Notes: a model not told the origin generated them from the sequence alone. A DNA stretch of 64,000 nt from Vicinamibacteria bacterium (GCA_963668695.2 CAXXLQ010000004.1:2208001-2272000), one strand, 5' to 3'; positions 1 through 9,946 are shown, counted from the first letter of the stretch. Numbers and translations are program-made.

Positions 1-469
1 CGCCGCCCGCGGTCTTGAGGCAGAGGTCCGTTGCCGAGTTGTCGCTGATGAGCAGCATCAGCTCCATCAGGTTCCGGATGGAGAGCGAGACGCCGGGATC
101 GTCGAAGAGCCGGCCCAGGATCCCGCTGCCCGGCGAGAGGTCGGAGAGGTCCAGCTCGATCATGTGGTCGAGGCCGAATTCGCCCTCGTCCACCCGGTGA
201 AGCAACTCCATGGCGATGGGGACCTTGTAGGTGCTCGCCATCGGGAAGGCCTCGTCCGGATGGAGGTAGGCGGTCCGTCCGGACTCGAGGTGGACGGCGG
301 CCAGCCCGAGCTTGCCCCCAAAAAGCTGGTCGAGGCGCCCCCATTCCTCCTCGAGGGCGGTCTCGGTGCCGGTCTGGGCGAGCGCGAGCGGCGCGGCCAG
401 CAGTGTGGCCAACGCGGCGGCGGTGATCCGGCCGGCGGTGCGGCCAAGGAGCGGAGTGCGGTTTCGCAT
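1..469 (-). CDS. Class A beta-lactamase / serine hydrolase, 3' part outside the window
   Basis: Not in the ORF track. Manual translation from ATG at 469: signal peptide, GGKLGLAAVHLESG, FPMASTYK (SxxK) and MLLISDNSATD (SDN motif). Confidence 0.88.
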   Translation of the reverse strand, partial: MRNRTPLLGRTAGRITAAALATLLAAPLALAQTGTETALEEEWGRLDQLFGGKLGLAAVHLESGRTAYLHPDEAFPMASTYKVPIAMELLHRVDEGEFGLDHMIELDLSDLSPGSGILGRLFDDPGVSLSIRNLMELMLLISDNSATDLCLKTAGG

Positions 470-563
470 GGTGACGGTGCCTCCCGTACGCGCTTGAGGG
501 AAAGGCAAGAGTACCAAGGGGGTGGGGCGGCGCTTCCTTATCCCCGCCGTCCCGTTTCGGTCG

Positions 564-2747
564 TCACTGGCCGGTGCACAGAGGCGGCTCGTCGTACTGG
601 ATGAGGCTGTTCACCCATGCGGCGAACTCGGGAGTGTCCGGTATGCAAACGCTCGCGTTGTTGGCGGCTCTGAAGGAAAAGAGTCTCAACTGCAGGAGGC
701 TTTCCGGGACGGGGCCCGTCAGCAGGTTGTGGTTCAGCATCAAGTTGAGGAGCCTCCCGAGATTGCCGAGTTCTTCCGGAATCGGTCCGGTCAGCCTGTT
801 GTTCCACAGTACGAGCGTCAGGAGGGTGGTGATGTCCCCGAGTTCGGGCGGGACGGAGCCGGTCAAGTTGTTGAAGCCGAGGTCCAGTGAGGTCAGGCTG
901 AGGTCGCCAAGCTCCCGAGGGATGCTGCCGCTCAAGCCGTTCCCGCCAAGATTCAGGTCAGTCAGCGTCGTCATGGCGCCAATCTCACGAGGGATGGGCC
1001 CGGTCAGGTTGTTGTGACCGAGGTCCAGTTTGCCGAGGTTGGGGAGTTCGGTCAGCTCGATGGGGATACGGCCCGTCAGGTCGTTGTAACCGACGTCCAG
1101 GCGTACCAAATTGGTCAGCTCACCGAGTTCGGTTGGGATGGTGCCGATCAGTTCGTTGGAACTGAGGTTCAGATCGCTCAGGCTGGAGAGTTTGCCGATT
1201 TCGGGAGGGATTCGACCCGTCAACCCGATACTGCTGGGGCCTGGCCGCCAGTTCCGGTGGAGGTCCAGACTCTCCAGCCTTGAGAGGTCGCCGATCTCTG
1301 GTGGAAGCCGGCCCTTCAGATTGTTGATTGGTAGCGATAGCGAGACGACTCGCCCGATCCTGTTCGCAACGACCCCGTACCAATCGTCGAGTGGTGCGTC
1401 GGTCAGCCAGTTCTCGTTCCGATCCCAGTTGTCTCCGCCAGCCGCCTCGTACAGCGCTACGAGAGCGGCTCGGTCAGGGTTGGAAACCACTGTAGCCACA
1501 AAGCTCTGTTGCGCCTCCAGTCCCTGAAGGTCGCGAGCGGTCACCGTGATGGTGGACCGTCCCTCGCCGACCGCGGTCACCGTGAGCGTGCTTCCCGCCA
1601 AGGAGACGGTGGCCACTTCACGGTCTGATGTTGCTGCCGTGTACGTCAGTGAGTCGCCGGGATCCCTGAAGTAGGTGGACACGTCGATGACGAAGGCCGG
1701 CTGGCCGAGGCCCATCGCCTGGTCGGGGATGTTGCTGACGGTCTCGGGGGCCTGATTCCCTTCGACCATCACCCGGACACTCTGCATCGCCGCGAGGCCA
1801 CCGGCGTCGCTGGCCGTAACCGTTATGGTCGCCGTTCCATCGCCAACCGCGGTGATTGTCACCGTCTCGGCCGAAACACTGGCCGCGGCCACGCCGGCGT
1901 CCGAGGTGGCGACCGTATAGTTCATCGTTTCTCCATCGGGCTCGACGAAGTATCGGGACGCGATCACCGTGGCGGTCCGGCCGATGATGAGGGATGCCTC
2001 CGGGATCGCCCGGAACGTTGCTATCGGCTGATGATTGTTGCCGCTGTGTTCGGCCTCCGTCGCCATGATGGGCCCGGCAACGACCGTCCCATCCACCATG
2101 CTGCAGAAGTCATTCCTGAAGCAGGTGTAGCGAATCCCCTCTTCTTCGATGTATCCCCGGGGACCTAGGTGTATCGACACGATGTCCGAATAGCTGTACG
2201 TGGCGTCACGATTGAAGTCCGGAATCCAAAAGCCGGCGGGCCAGGTAGGGATCCGGTCGCCGGAGTTGTAGGTCTGGGCCTCGGTCGATTGCACCGTGAC
2301 GCTGACGAGCTGCGTTGCCGTCAGGCCTCCGGGGTCGCTCGCCGTCACGGTCACCGTCGCGGTTCCGGCAGCGGCCGCGGTGAGGGTCAGCACGCTGCCG
2401 GAGACGCTTGCCTGGACGACAGCGGTGTTGTCCGATACGGCGCGGTAGGAGAGGGCGTCGCCGTCGGGGTCCGCGAAGTTGTCGGCAACGTTCAGACTCG
2501 TTGGGGCGCCGCCCAGGGTCAACACCTGTTCGGGAATGGTCCCCACCGCTGTAGGCGCGCGGTTTGCGGCAGGTGCGGGCGCCGACGGAACGCTCGGTGC
2601 GGGCGCCGGGGAACTGCCGCTGTCGCCGCCGCAGGCGCCGCCGAGCAGCAGGACGCCGATCGGCAGCGCGAACGATCGGCGCCACCAGAAGTCGTGACTG
2701 CCGTTCCTTATCGGAATGGTCGCGGGGCTTCTTGTCTCGGGGGTCAT
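564..2747 (-). CDS. Surface lipoprotein with three Ig/cadherin-like repeats and C-terminal 24-aa plant-type LRRs
   Basis: Lipobox LLGGAC, three NxxP...F.DPDG..L.Y...S...ATxTVTAxDxxGL repeats, DRAALVALY...W cap, then LxxLxLxxNxLxGxIP repeats. Start taken at ATG 2747 inside ORF 564..3188. Confidence 0.88.
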   Translation of the reverse strand: MTPETRSPATIPIRNGSHDFWWRRSFALPIGVLLLGGACGGDSGSSPAPAPSVPSAPAPAANRAPTAVGTIPEQVLTLGGAPTSLNVADNFADPDGDALSYRAVSDNTAVVQASVSGSVLTLTAAAAGTATVTVTASDPGGLTATQLVSVTVQSTEAQTYNSGDRIPTWPAGFWIPDFNRDATYSYSDIVSIHLGPRGYIEEEGIRYTCFRNDFCSMVDGTVVAGPIMATEAEHSGNNHQPIATFRAIPEASLIIGRTATVIASRYFVEPDGETMNYTVATSDAGVAAASVSAETVTITAVGDGTATITVTASDAGGLAAMQSVRVMVEGNQAPETVSNIPDQAMGLGQPAFVIDVSTYFRDPGDSLTYTAATSDREVATVSLAGSTLTVTAVGEGRSTITVTARDLQGLEAQQSFVATVVSNPDRAALVALYEAAGGDNWDRNENWLTDAPLDDWYGVVANRIGRVVSLSLPINNLKGRLPPEIGDLSRLESLDLHRNWRPGPSSIGLTGRIPPEIGKLSSLSDLNLSSNELIGTIPTELGELTNLVRLDVGYNDLTGRIPIELTELPNLGKLDLGHNNLTGPIPREIGAMTTLTDLNLGGNGLSGSIPRELGDLSLTSLDLGFNNLTGSVPPELGDITTLLTLVLWNNRLTGPIPEELGNLGRLLNLMLNHNLLTGPVPESLLQLRLFSFRAANNASVCIPDTPEFAAWVNSLIQYDEPPLCTGQ

Positions 2748-3033
2748 GTGGACACCGACAGTACAGCCATCGCGTTGCCAACGCACGCCGCCGGGAAATT
2801 TCACCATTGTGAATGGGTCTACCAAGACCGGGCAAGATCTGGCCGGGCTGACCGCATGTGAGCGGTCAATCCGGCTCGCCGCCGCGCCAAACGGGGGAGC
2901 CCCCCGGTGGGGTTCACCGAGGGGCGTGAATGGATCACCGTGCGTCGGGTCGCTCATCGCCGCCGGAACAGGCACGGGGAACGGGCGTAGCCGGAGGGAG
3001 TCGCGGTACGAAGATTGCTTGCTCAACAGCGAG

Positions 3034-3693
3034 ATGCGGGGTTCGGTTCTTCTGGCTGCGGGCCTGCTTGCGGTTTCCGCCGCCGCGGAAGCGCAGGAAA
3101 CCCCTCGCGTCCTCGAAGTCACCCTCGCCGACCTCGACGAAGACTCGCTGGACTTCCTGATCGGCTGGGAACGCTGGAAGAGCGACATCCTGGACCTCGC
3201 GTCCGATGGTTATGCGCGGTTCACGTTCGTGCCGCTCCTGGCGGTCGAGCCGGGCCTGCCCGCGGGCGGCCGGTTCAGCGGGCGGATCCTCAGCGGGGGA
3301 ATCCTCAGCGGAGGAATCCTTGCGGCTTCCGAACGGCGGGCCACGCTGCGGCGATCCCGGCCGAACCGCCCGATCAGAACCGCCCGCGCCCCTCGCGACG
3401 GAGCGTCCGACCGGGGACGCCCCCGTCCTCCGCGCGGGCTGGCTCCTCTCGGTAAGCCGCCCCGCTTCGCCCCGCCCGGACCCCGGAACACGGGACGCGC
3501 TCCGGCGCGGGGACCTCGCGAACTCGGAGCGCCGACGCCGCGAGGCGGCAGCCGGGGAGGCGCCAGCGGCGCCTCCACCGGGAGAGCCCCCACCGGAAGC
3601 GCAAAACCGCGCGGCTCCTCCCCGCGGCCCCGGGGACCGGCCGCCGTTTCCCGAAGCGGAGCCGACCGCAGAAATCCCCGCCCGCACCGGTAA
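3034..3693 (+). CDS. Hypothetical secreted protein with low-complexity R/P/G tail
   Basis: ATG 3034 gives MRGSVLLAAGLLAVSAAAEAQ (signal peptide with AxA site). A 15-bp tandem repeat encodes ILSGG x2-3. Confidence 0.45.
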   Translation: MRGSVLLAAGLLAVSAAAEAQETPRVLEVTLADLDEDSLDFLIGWERWKSDILDLASDGYARFTFVPLLAVEPGLPAGGRFSGRILSGGILSGGILAASERRATLRRSRPNRPIRTARAPRDGASDRGRPRPPRGLAPLGKPPRFAPPGPRNTGRAPARGPRELGAPTPRGGSRGGASGASTGRAPTGSAKPRGSSPRPRGPAAVSRSGADRRNPRPHR

Positions 3694-3769
3694 AATCACG
3701 CGTTCCCCGCTACGAGCGGGGCGATTGCGGCCGGATGTGATTCCGGTCCTGAACTTCCGGAGATGTGCG

Positions 3770-6700
3770 ATGCGCAGGCGATTCCCTTCTTTCCTCCTCC
3801 TGGCCCTCGCGGCGCTGATCGCGGCGCCCGCCGCGGCCCAGCCCGACACGGACCTGCTGGCCACCATGCAATACCGCATGGTCGGCCCCTCGCGGGGCGG
3901 CCGGGTCACCGCGGTGGCGGGCCACCGGTCCCATCCCGGGACCTTCTACATGGGCGCCACCGGGGGCGGCGTCTGGAAGACCACGGACTACGGTCACAAC
4001 TGGGTCCCGATCTCCGACGGCGCCTTCAAGAGCCCCTCCATCGGCGCCATCGCGGTGGCGGACAGCGATCCGAACATCGTCTACGTGACCACCGGCTCGG
4101 ACGGCCTGCGCAGCAACGTCATCATGGGGAAGGGGGTCTACCGGTCCGACGACGCCGGCAAGACCTGGCGCAGCCTGGGTCTCGAGGACACCGGCAACTC
4201 CGGCGCCGTCCTCATCCATCCGGAAGATCCCGATACCGCCTGGGTGGCGCAAATCGGGAATCCCTTCGCGGCGAACCCCGAACGCGGGGTCTACCGCACG
4301 AAGGACGGCGGGGAGAACTGGGAGCTCGTGCTCTTCGTGTCCGAGCAGACCGGGGCCGTGGACCTCGAGTTCAAGCCCGGCGACCCGGACACGATCTACG
4401 CCTCCATGTGGGAGGCCGAGAGGAAGCCCTGGACCATCCGTTCGGGCGGCATGGAGGGCGGGGTCCATCGCTCGCGGGACGGCGGGGACACCTGGGAGCA
4501 GCTCGAGAACGGGCTCCCGACGGGACTCCGCGGCAAGTCGGACCTCGCGGTCTCGCCGGCCGACTCCTCCCGAGTCTACGTGCTCATCGAGGCGCCGGGC
4601 AGCGAAGGCGGCGTGTTCCGCTCGGATGACGAAGGGGACACCTGGCGGCAGGTGAGCGACTTCCAGCCGATCCGCAACCGGCCCTTCTACTACAACAACC
4701 TCCACGCCGATCCGACCGATGCGGACACCCTCTGGGGCATGGCCGAGGGGTACTTCAAGTCCACCGACGGCGGCGTCACCTGGGAGCGGAAGTTCACCCC
4801 GCACGGTGACAACCACGACCTCTGGATCAACCCCGACAACCCGGACATCCAGATCCAGTCGAACGACGGCGGCGCGAACATCACCCTCGACGGGGGCGAG
4901 ACCTGGTCCACCCAGGAAAACCAGCCCACCGCCGAGCTCTACCAGGTCGACGTGAGCGACAGCTTCCCCTACCGGCTCTACGCCGGCCAGCAGGACAACT
5001 CCACGATCTCGGTGCCGAGCTACCCGCCCCACTCCCGCCCCGGCGGGCATACCGCGCACTGGGAGGCGATCGGCGGCTGCGAGACCGGCCCGGCGGTCCC
5101 GAAGCCGGGAGATCCGGACGTCGTCTACGCGAACTGCAAGGGCCGTTTCGGCCTCTACAACATGCGGACCGGACAGGAGGAGCAGTACTACGTCGGGTTC
5201 TCGAACATATACGGACACAACCCCAAGGACCTCCAGTACCGCTTCCAGCGGACGGTCCCGATCCATGTCTCGCCGCACGACCCGAACCGGGTCTTCCACG
5301 CCTCGCAGTACGTCCACGTCACCGAGAACGGGGGACGCACCTGGCGGACCATCTCTCCCGACCTCACCGCCTTTACCCCGGAAACGCAGGTGGTCTCCGG
5401 CGACCCGATCACCCTCGACGTGACCGGAGAGGAGCACTTTGCGGTGCTCTACGACGTCCAGGAATCCCCCCACGAGGAGGGGGTCATCTGGGCGGGGGCC
5501 AACGACGGGCCCATTCACGTGACCCGCGACGGCGGCCGGACCTGGAAAGAGGTCACTCCGCCGGAACTCGGCCCCTACGGCAGGGTGCAGAACATCGAGG
5601 TCTCGCCCCACGACCCGGCGAAGGCGTATGCCGCGGTCCTGCGTTACCAACTCGGCGACTCCACGCCGCACGCCTACCGGACGAACGATTACGGCGAGAC
5701 CTGGACCCGTATCACGGATGGGACCAACGGGGTGCCGAACGACCACCCGGTGCGCGTGGTGCGCGAGGACCCGGACCGCGAGGGACTGCTCTACCTCGGA
5801 ACGGAATGGGGGATGTTCATCTCCTTCGATGACGGGGCGAGCTGGACCTCCTTCCAGCAGAACCTGCCGTTGACGCCGATCACCGACATCAAGGTCGTCG
5901 AGAAGGATCTCGCCATCTCCACCATGGGGCGCAGCTTCTGGATCCTCGACGACATCGCCCCGCTGCACGAAGCGCCGCCCGCCGGCGAGACGCACTTGTT
6001 CCAACCGCGCGACGAGATTCGCTTCCGCGCTGGGAGAGGGGGCTTCGCTGCTGCGGCGCCGGCGGACCCCGAGTATCCGACGCCCGGTCCCCGGATTACC
6101 TACCGGCTGGCCGCGGACGTCGACAGTGTGCGGATCGACGTCCGCGACGAGAACGGGGATCTGGTCCGGAGCCTCGAGAGCGCCGGTTCCGGTGAGGAAA
6201 CCGCGATGACCCAGGGCATGCGCGCTCCGGGAATGATGCGGCGAGGCGCGCCGGCGGTGCCGACCGGCGCCGGCGTCCACCGCCTCACCTGGGACATGCG
6301 GCACGAGGGGGCCAAAGACGGCGAAGGCAATGTCTCCGGACGGGGCGCGCTGGCGGCGCCCGGCCGGTACACCGTGGAGCTGACCGCCGGGGGGCAGACC
6401 ATGGCTCGCAGTTTCCGCCTGCGGATGGATCCCCGCATTGTGAAGGAAGGCTGGGTCACCGCGGAACACGTCCGCGACCAGGTGGCGCTCGCCCTGAAGG
6501 CCCGCGACGCGCTGTCCCAGGCCCGGATGGCGGCCGCCCGGCTGGAAGCGGCGATGGAGAGCGGGGGCAGCGACGAACTCCAGGCGATCCACGAGGAGCT
6601 GGTCGCCCGCCCGCGGCGCTATTCGCAGCCGATGCTGATGGACCAGCTCAGCTATCTCGCTTCGAACCTGGATGCCGCCGACCAGCCGCCCGGGCGGGAC

Positions 6701-6784
6701 GCGGTGGAGCGTTACGATGAGTTGCGCGGGCAGCTCGACGACCTCCTGAAGCGCTTGTCCGACGCCGGCGTGGCCGGGGAATGA
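3770..6784 (+). CDS. Secreted VPS10/BNR-repeat glycosyl hydrolase-like protein
   Basis: Signal peptide, YRMVGPSRGGRV, repeated SxDGGxTW Asp-boxes, HGDNHDLWI, GGCETG, TMGRSFWILDD. Confidence 0.9.
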   Translation: MRRRFPSFLLLALAALIAAPAAAQPDTDLLATMQYRMVGPSRGGRVTAVAGHRSHPGTFYMGATGGGVWKTTDYGHNWVPISDGAFKSPSIGAIAVADSDPNIVYVTTGSDGLRSNVIMGKGVYRSDDAGKTWRSLGLEDTGNSGAVLIHPEDPDTAWVAQIGNPFAANPERGVYRTKDGGENWELVLFVSEQTGAVDLEFKPGDPDTIYASMWEAERKPWTIRSGGMEGGVHRSRDGGDTWEQLENGLPTGLRGKSDLAVSPADSSRVYVLIEAPGSEGGVFRSDDEGDTWRQVSDFQPIRNRPFYYNNLHADPTDADTLWGMAEGYFKSTDGGVTWERKFTPHGDNHDLWINPDNPDIQIQSNDGGANITLDGGETWSTQENQPTAELYQVDVSDSFPYRLYAGQQDNSTISVPSYPPHSRPGGHTAHWEAIGGCETGPAVPKPGDPDVVYANCKGRFGLYNMRTGQEEQYYVGFSNIYGHNPKDLQYRFQRTVPIHVSPHDPNRVFHASQYVHVTENGGRTWRTISPDLTAFTPETQVVSGDPITLDVTGEEHFAVLYDVQESPHEEGVIWAGANDGPIHVTRDGGRTWKEVTPPELGPYGRVQNIEVSPHDPAKAYAAVLRYQLGDSTPHAYRTNDYGETWTRITDGTNGVPNDHPVRVVREDPDREGLLYLGTEWGMFISFDDGASWTSFQQNLPLTPITDIKVVEKDLAISTMGRSFWILDDIAPLHEAPPAGETHLFQPRDEIRFRAGRGGFAAAAPADPEYPTPGPRITYRLAADVDSVRIDVRDENGDLVRSLESAGSGEETAMTQGMRAPGMMRRGAPAVPTGAGVHRLTWDMRHEGAKDGEGNVSGRGALAAPGRYTVELTAGGQTMARSFRLRMDPRIVKEGWVTAEHVRDQVALALKARDALSQARMAAARLEAAMESGGSDELQAIHEELVARPRRYSQPMLMDQLSYLASNLDAADQPPGRDAVERYDELRGQLDDLLKRLSDAGVAGE

Positions 6785-6980
6785 GCAGCCCGTGGAAAAG
6801 CACCCCGCTCTGGTTCCGGATGACAGTCGCGCCGGCGACACCGGTTCTTTCTCGTGCGCGGTGCTTTCCCCACGGGGTGATGTCGCGGATCGCGTTGCGA
6901 TCCGCGACATCGGTTTTCGTGCCGAGGGGAAACCCCTCCCCACACCCCTCCTCCGCGGCGCTCCGCACCGCGAGCGGGGG
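6785..6980. repeat. Structured intergenic element with family B-like terminal inverted repeats plus hairpins
   Basis: GCAGCCCGTGGAAAAGCACC...GGTGCTTTCCCCACGGGGTG directly after the TGA stop; same end type as 15278-15713. Followed by hairpin GTCGCGGATCGC-GTT-GCGATCCGCGAC. Confidence 0.55.
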
Positions 6981-7021
6981 CCGGCAGACTTTCGCTACAA
7001 CCAGTTAGGCGGGGCGGGGTA

Positions 7022-8266
7022 GTGGAAAACGGCGCGTCGGAGCTGCGGATCAACGGTCCCCGCCTCCTCGACTCGCTCGCCCGGCTCGCCGAGATCGGCG
7101 CCACCCCCGAGGGGGGCGCCGAGCGGCTGGCCTTTACCGCCGAGGACGGTGCGGGCCGTGACCTCGTTCGTTCGTGGATGGAAGACGCCGGTCTCGAGGT
7201 CCGGGTGGACGGGATCGGGAACATCGTCGGCCGACGGGCCGGGGACGATCAGGACGCGGCGCCGGTGATGCTCGGATCCCACATCGACACGGTCGGCAAT
7301 GGCGGCCGGTACGACGGGAATCTGGGAGTGCTGGCGGCGCTCGAAGTCGCGCGCACGCTGAACGACGGGGGTGTCCGCACCCGCCGCCCCCTGGAGGTCG
7401 CGATCTTTTCCAACGAAGAGGGCTCGCGCTACCACCCCGACATGCTGGGGAGCCTCGTCTATTCCGGTGGGCTCGACCTCGAGATCGCCTGGGCGCTCCG
7501 GAGCCCCGACGGGACGCGGACGCTCCGGGAAGAACTCGAAGCGATCGGTTACCTGGGGGACGCGCCGCTACCCGGGCCGGTGCCGGCGGCCTACGCCGAA
7601 CTCCACATCGAGCAGGGGCCGGTGCTCGAGGCCGAGAACATCGAGTTCGGCGCCGTGACCGGCGTTCAGGGGATCCTGTGGGAGGAGATCACCCTCACCG
7701 GGGCGTCGAACCATGCCGGCACCACCCCGATGCGGTTTCGCCACGACACGGGTGTGGTGGCCGCGGAGGCCGTGCTGTTGGCCAGGAAGCTGACCCGGGA
7801 GATTCCTGGCCAGGTGGCGACCGTCGGCCGGATGGCCTTCTCTCCCGGCCTGACCAATGTGGTGCCCGGCCGGGCGGTGTTCACGCTGGACATCCGAAAT
7901 CCCGATCCCGAGCGGCTGGGCCGTGCCGAAGACGACTTCTTTGACGGGCTCCGGGCCGCCGCCGAGCGCGAGGGGGTACGGATCGAACGGCGGGAACTTG
8001 CACGCTTCGGTCCTGCGGTCTTTGACGAACGGGTCATCTCGCTGGTCGAAGAAGCGGCGGCCGCGCTCGGAGGATCCTGCCGCAGGATTCCCTCGGGGGC
8101 GGGGCATGACGCCCAGATGCTCTCCCGGGTATGCCCCACCGGAATGATTTTCGTGCCTTCGGTGGATGGCATCAGTCACAACCCGAAGGAGTTCACCCGC
8201 GACGAGCACGTCACTGCCGGCGGGAACGCACTCCTGCTGGTCGCCTCCGGTCTCCTGAAGTCGTAG
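7022..8266 (+). CDS. M20 Zn-dependent amidohydrolase (allantoate amidohydrolase / N-carbamoyl-L-amino acid hydrolase family)
   Basis: GSHIDTV, GRYDGNLG, NEEG, ELHIEQGPVL, NHAGTTPM, SGAGHDA, GISHNP motifs. Confidence 0.92.
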   Translation: MENGASELRINGPRLLDSLARLAEIGATPEGGAERLAFTAEDGAGRDLVRSWMEDAGLEVRVDGIGNIVGRRAGDDQDAAPVMLGSHIDTVGNGGRYDGNLGVLAALEVARTLNDGGVRTRRPLEVAIFSNEEGSRYHPDMLGSLVYSGGLDLEIAWALRSPDGTRTLREELEAIGYLGDAPLPGPVPAAYAELHIEQGPVLEAENIEFGAVTGVQGILWEEITLTGASNHAGTTPMRFRHDTGVVAAEAVLLARKLTREIPGQVATVGRMAFSPGLTNVVPGRAVFTLDIRNPDPERLGRAEDDFFDGLRAAAEREGVRIERRELARFGPAVFDERVISLVEEAAAALGGSCRRIPSGAGHDAQMLSRVCPTGMIFVPSVDGISHNPKEFTRDEHVTAGGNALLLVASGLLKS

Positions 8267-8308
8267 TTTTCAGGTAGTGTTAGGTTCAGATTACGCCGCA
8301 ATCCGGCG

Positions 8309-8337
8309 TTCACGGAACAGCAGCCGTGTGATAGCGT
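8309..8337 (+). promoter_or_regulatory. Possible sigma70 promoter of the 97-aa gene
   Basis: TTCACG-17 nt-TAGCGT with an extended -10 TG, about 40 nt upstream of ATG 8378. Confidence 0.3.
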
Positions 8338-8377
8338 TTCTCTCTCAACTGAGGTGCCGGGAGGCTTAGGGGGGACC

Positions 8378-8671
8378 ATGGCAGGCAAAGCAGATGTTGC
8401 CAAAGCGCTCGCCGAGAAACACGGCGTCAAGTACAACCGCGGCAGGGGTCCCGACATCCGGACGGACAAGATCACGATCAACGTCGAGACGGCGCGCACC
8501 TTGGGTACCGCGTGCGGCAGGCTCCGTGGTTTCCGGGGTCCCGTGTACGTGGCTTGCGCAAACGACGCCGATATCGAATACGCCAAGGACATCATCGTGG
8601 GAAAGACCGTCGGTCTCATGAACAACAAGGGCCGCATCCTCAAGAAATCCACCCGCGGCCGTTGGCCCTGA
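8378..8671 (+). CDS. Small basic hypothetical protein (97 aa), possible degenerate PD-(D/E)XK fold
   Basis: G-rich SD-like sequence before the ATG, strong GC3 codon bias, GPDIR...INVET motif. Confidence 0.7.
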   Translation: MAGKADVAKALAEKHGVKYNRGRGPDIRTDKITINVETARTLGTACGRLRGFRGPVYVACANDADIEYAKDIIVGKTVGLMNNKGRILKKSTRGRWP

Positions 8672-8672
8672 C

Positions 8673-9350
8673 GTCGAGCGGTCCGGGAGCGGGGGCTTAG
8701 TTCTCCATCGGTTCGGAACGCGGCGACCGTCTACGTCAAGCCCCCGCTCCCGAACCGCCCGGCGCTTCGCGCCGGCAATCGAAACTTCCTTGCCCGCCTC
8801 CGGCGGGCGGCGGCAAGTTCCGATTGGTCGTTACTTTTTGTGTGAAAGGGGAGAATCCCCCCTTTCACACATTCCCCCGAAAACGCGGGCAGCGAACGGA
8901 GTTCGCTGCCATCAGTTTTTTGCGCGCTCGGCTAAGCGCCGCCAACAGCAGATGGCGCGCTGGCCCGGGAACGCCGGACCTCTGGTCGGCACCAGGTCGA
9001 GCGGTCGCCGGACGGGGCCTTGATCTGGTGTAGCGTTCGGTCGTGGTTCTGGTTGGAGTTGGGGCCCCGTCCGGGGACCGCCCGGCGCTTCGCGCCGGCC
9101 TTCCGAAGTGCGGCGAGAGCCGCACGGAGATCCCGGAGCGGGAGGGGTTGGGGTCGGGGCACCCGACTCCCAGCCGCTCCTGGCTCGGGAATCGAAACTT
9201 CCTTGCCCGCCTCCGGCGGGCAGAGGCAAGTTCCGATTGGTCGTTGTTGATTTGTGAAAGCGGGGGTGCCCCCCTTTCACACTTTCCCCCCGGTCACGCG
9301 GGCAGCGAACGGAGTCCGCTGCCATTGTTTCTTACGCGCTCGGCTGAGGC
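8673..9350 (+). repeat. Family A multi-hairpin repeat, two tandem units
   Basis: 81-nt variable-loop hairpins at 8678-8758 and 9001-9081, each followed by CCGGCGCTTCGCGCCGG and shared downstream hairpin modules. Confidence 0.85.
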
Positions 9351-9361
9351 GCATCAGCCAC

Positions 9362-9870
9362 GTATCCCATCTCGAACCCAACCATCCGTAGCGACGCGTC
9401 CCTAGTAGTGCGCTTTCCGACCCCGGTGATGGCGTGCACCAGCCTCACACCGCCACTCATCACCAATTGGAGCGCCGGTCAGGAGCGCCGGTCTTCAGGC
9501 CCCCACCGGGAGAACTGGCCAGCATCGCGGCCGCAGGCACGCGAAACTCACGTCCTGTTCACTCCTATTGCACCGACCTAGTCGGGGACGGCGAATCGCA
9601 CGGCTAGCCACCCCCCACGGCGCAGCGACGATCCGCCGTCAACCTCCAGGGCTAGCGACAGCGGAACCGCGTAGGTCCGTCCGTTGTCCCGGTGCCGGGA
9701 AGGCCACCGCCACCACCCGATCTCCAACCCCCAACTATCCGTAGCGACACCGCTCCTACAGTGCGCCGTGCAATCCCGCGTCACGGCGTGCACCAGCCTC
9801 ACACCGCCACTCATCACCCATTGGAGCGCCGACCTCCGGCCCGCATCGCCCGCCGAGAGGCGGGCGATAC
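9362..9870. repeat. Degenerate ~115-bp direct repeats ending in GGAG-type REP (family C-associated)
   Basis: 9365-9478 and 9716-9831 share GGCGTGCACCAGCCTCACACCGCCACTCATCACC.ATTGGAGCGCCG. A diverged reverse-complement copy lies at ~51150-51260. Confidence 0.7.
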
Positions 9871-9946
9871 GGCGTAGCGCCGACTCCCTCGGGCCCCTCA
9901 ACGGAGGCCCGTACTTGGTAGATTCCCACTCCGACAGGACAACACC

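Noticed and set aside
2748-3769. N-terminal extensions of the LRR and VPS10 ORFs given by the track (likewise lipB, E1beta, hisZ, MoeB)
   Set aside because: Signal peptides or family homology begin at downstream starts; the extensions are low-complexity or repeat-derived.
3710-6943. Long antisense ORFs (also 23140-24939, 29080-30816, 32397-34634, 51006-52985)
   Set aside because: Shadow frames opposite well-supported genes, expected in high-GC DNA; no recognisable motifs.
9362-9870. DGR template/variable repeat pair
   Set aside because: Differences are not confined to adenines, neither copy is in a credible CDS, and no reverse transcriptase is in the window.
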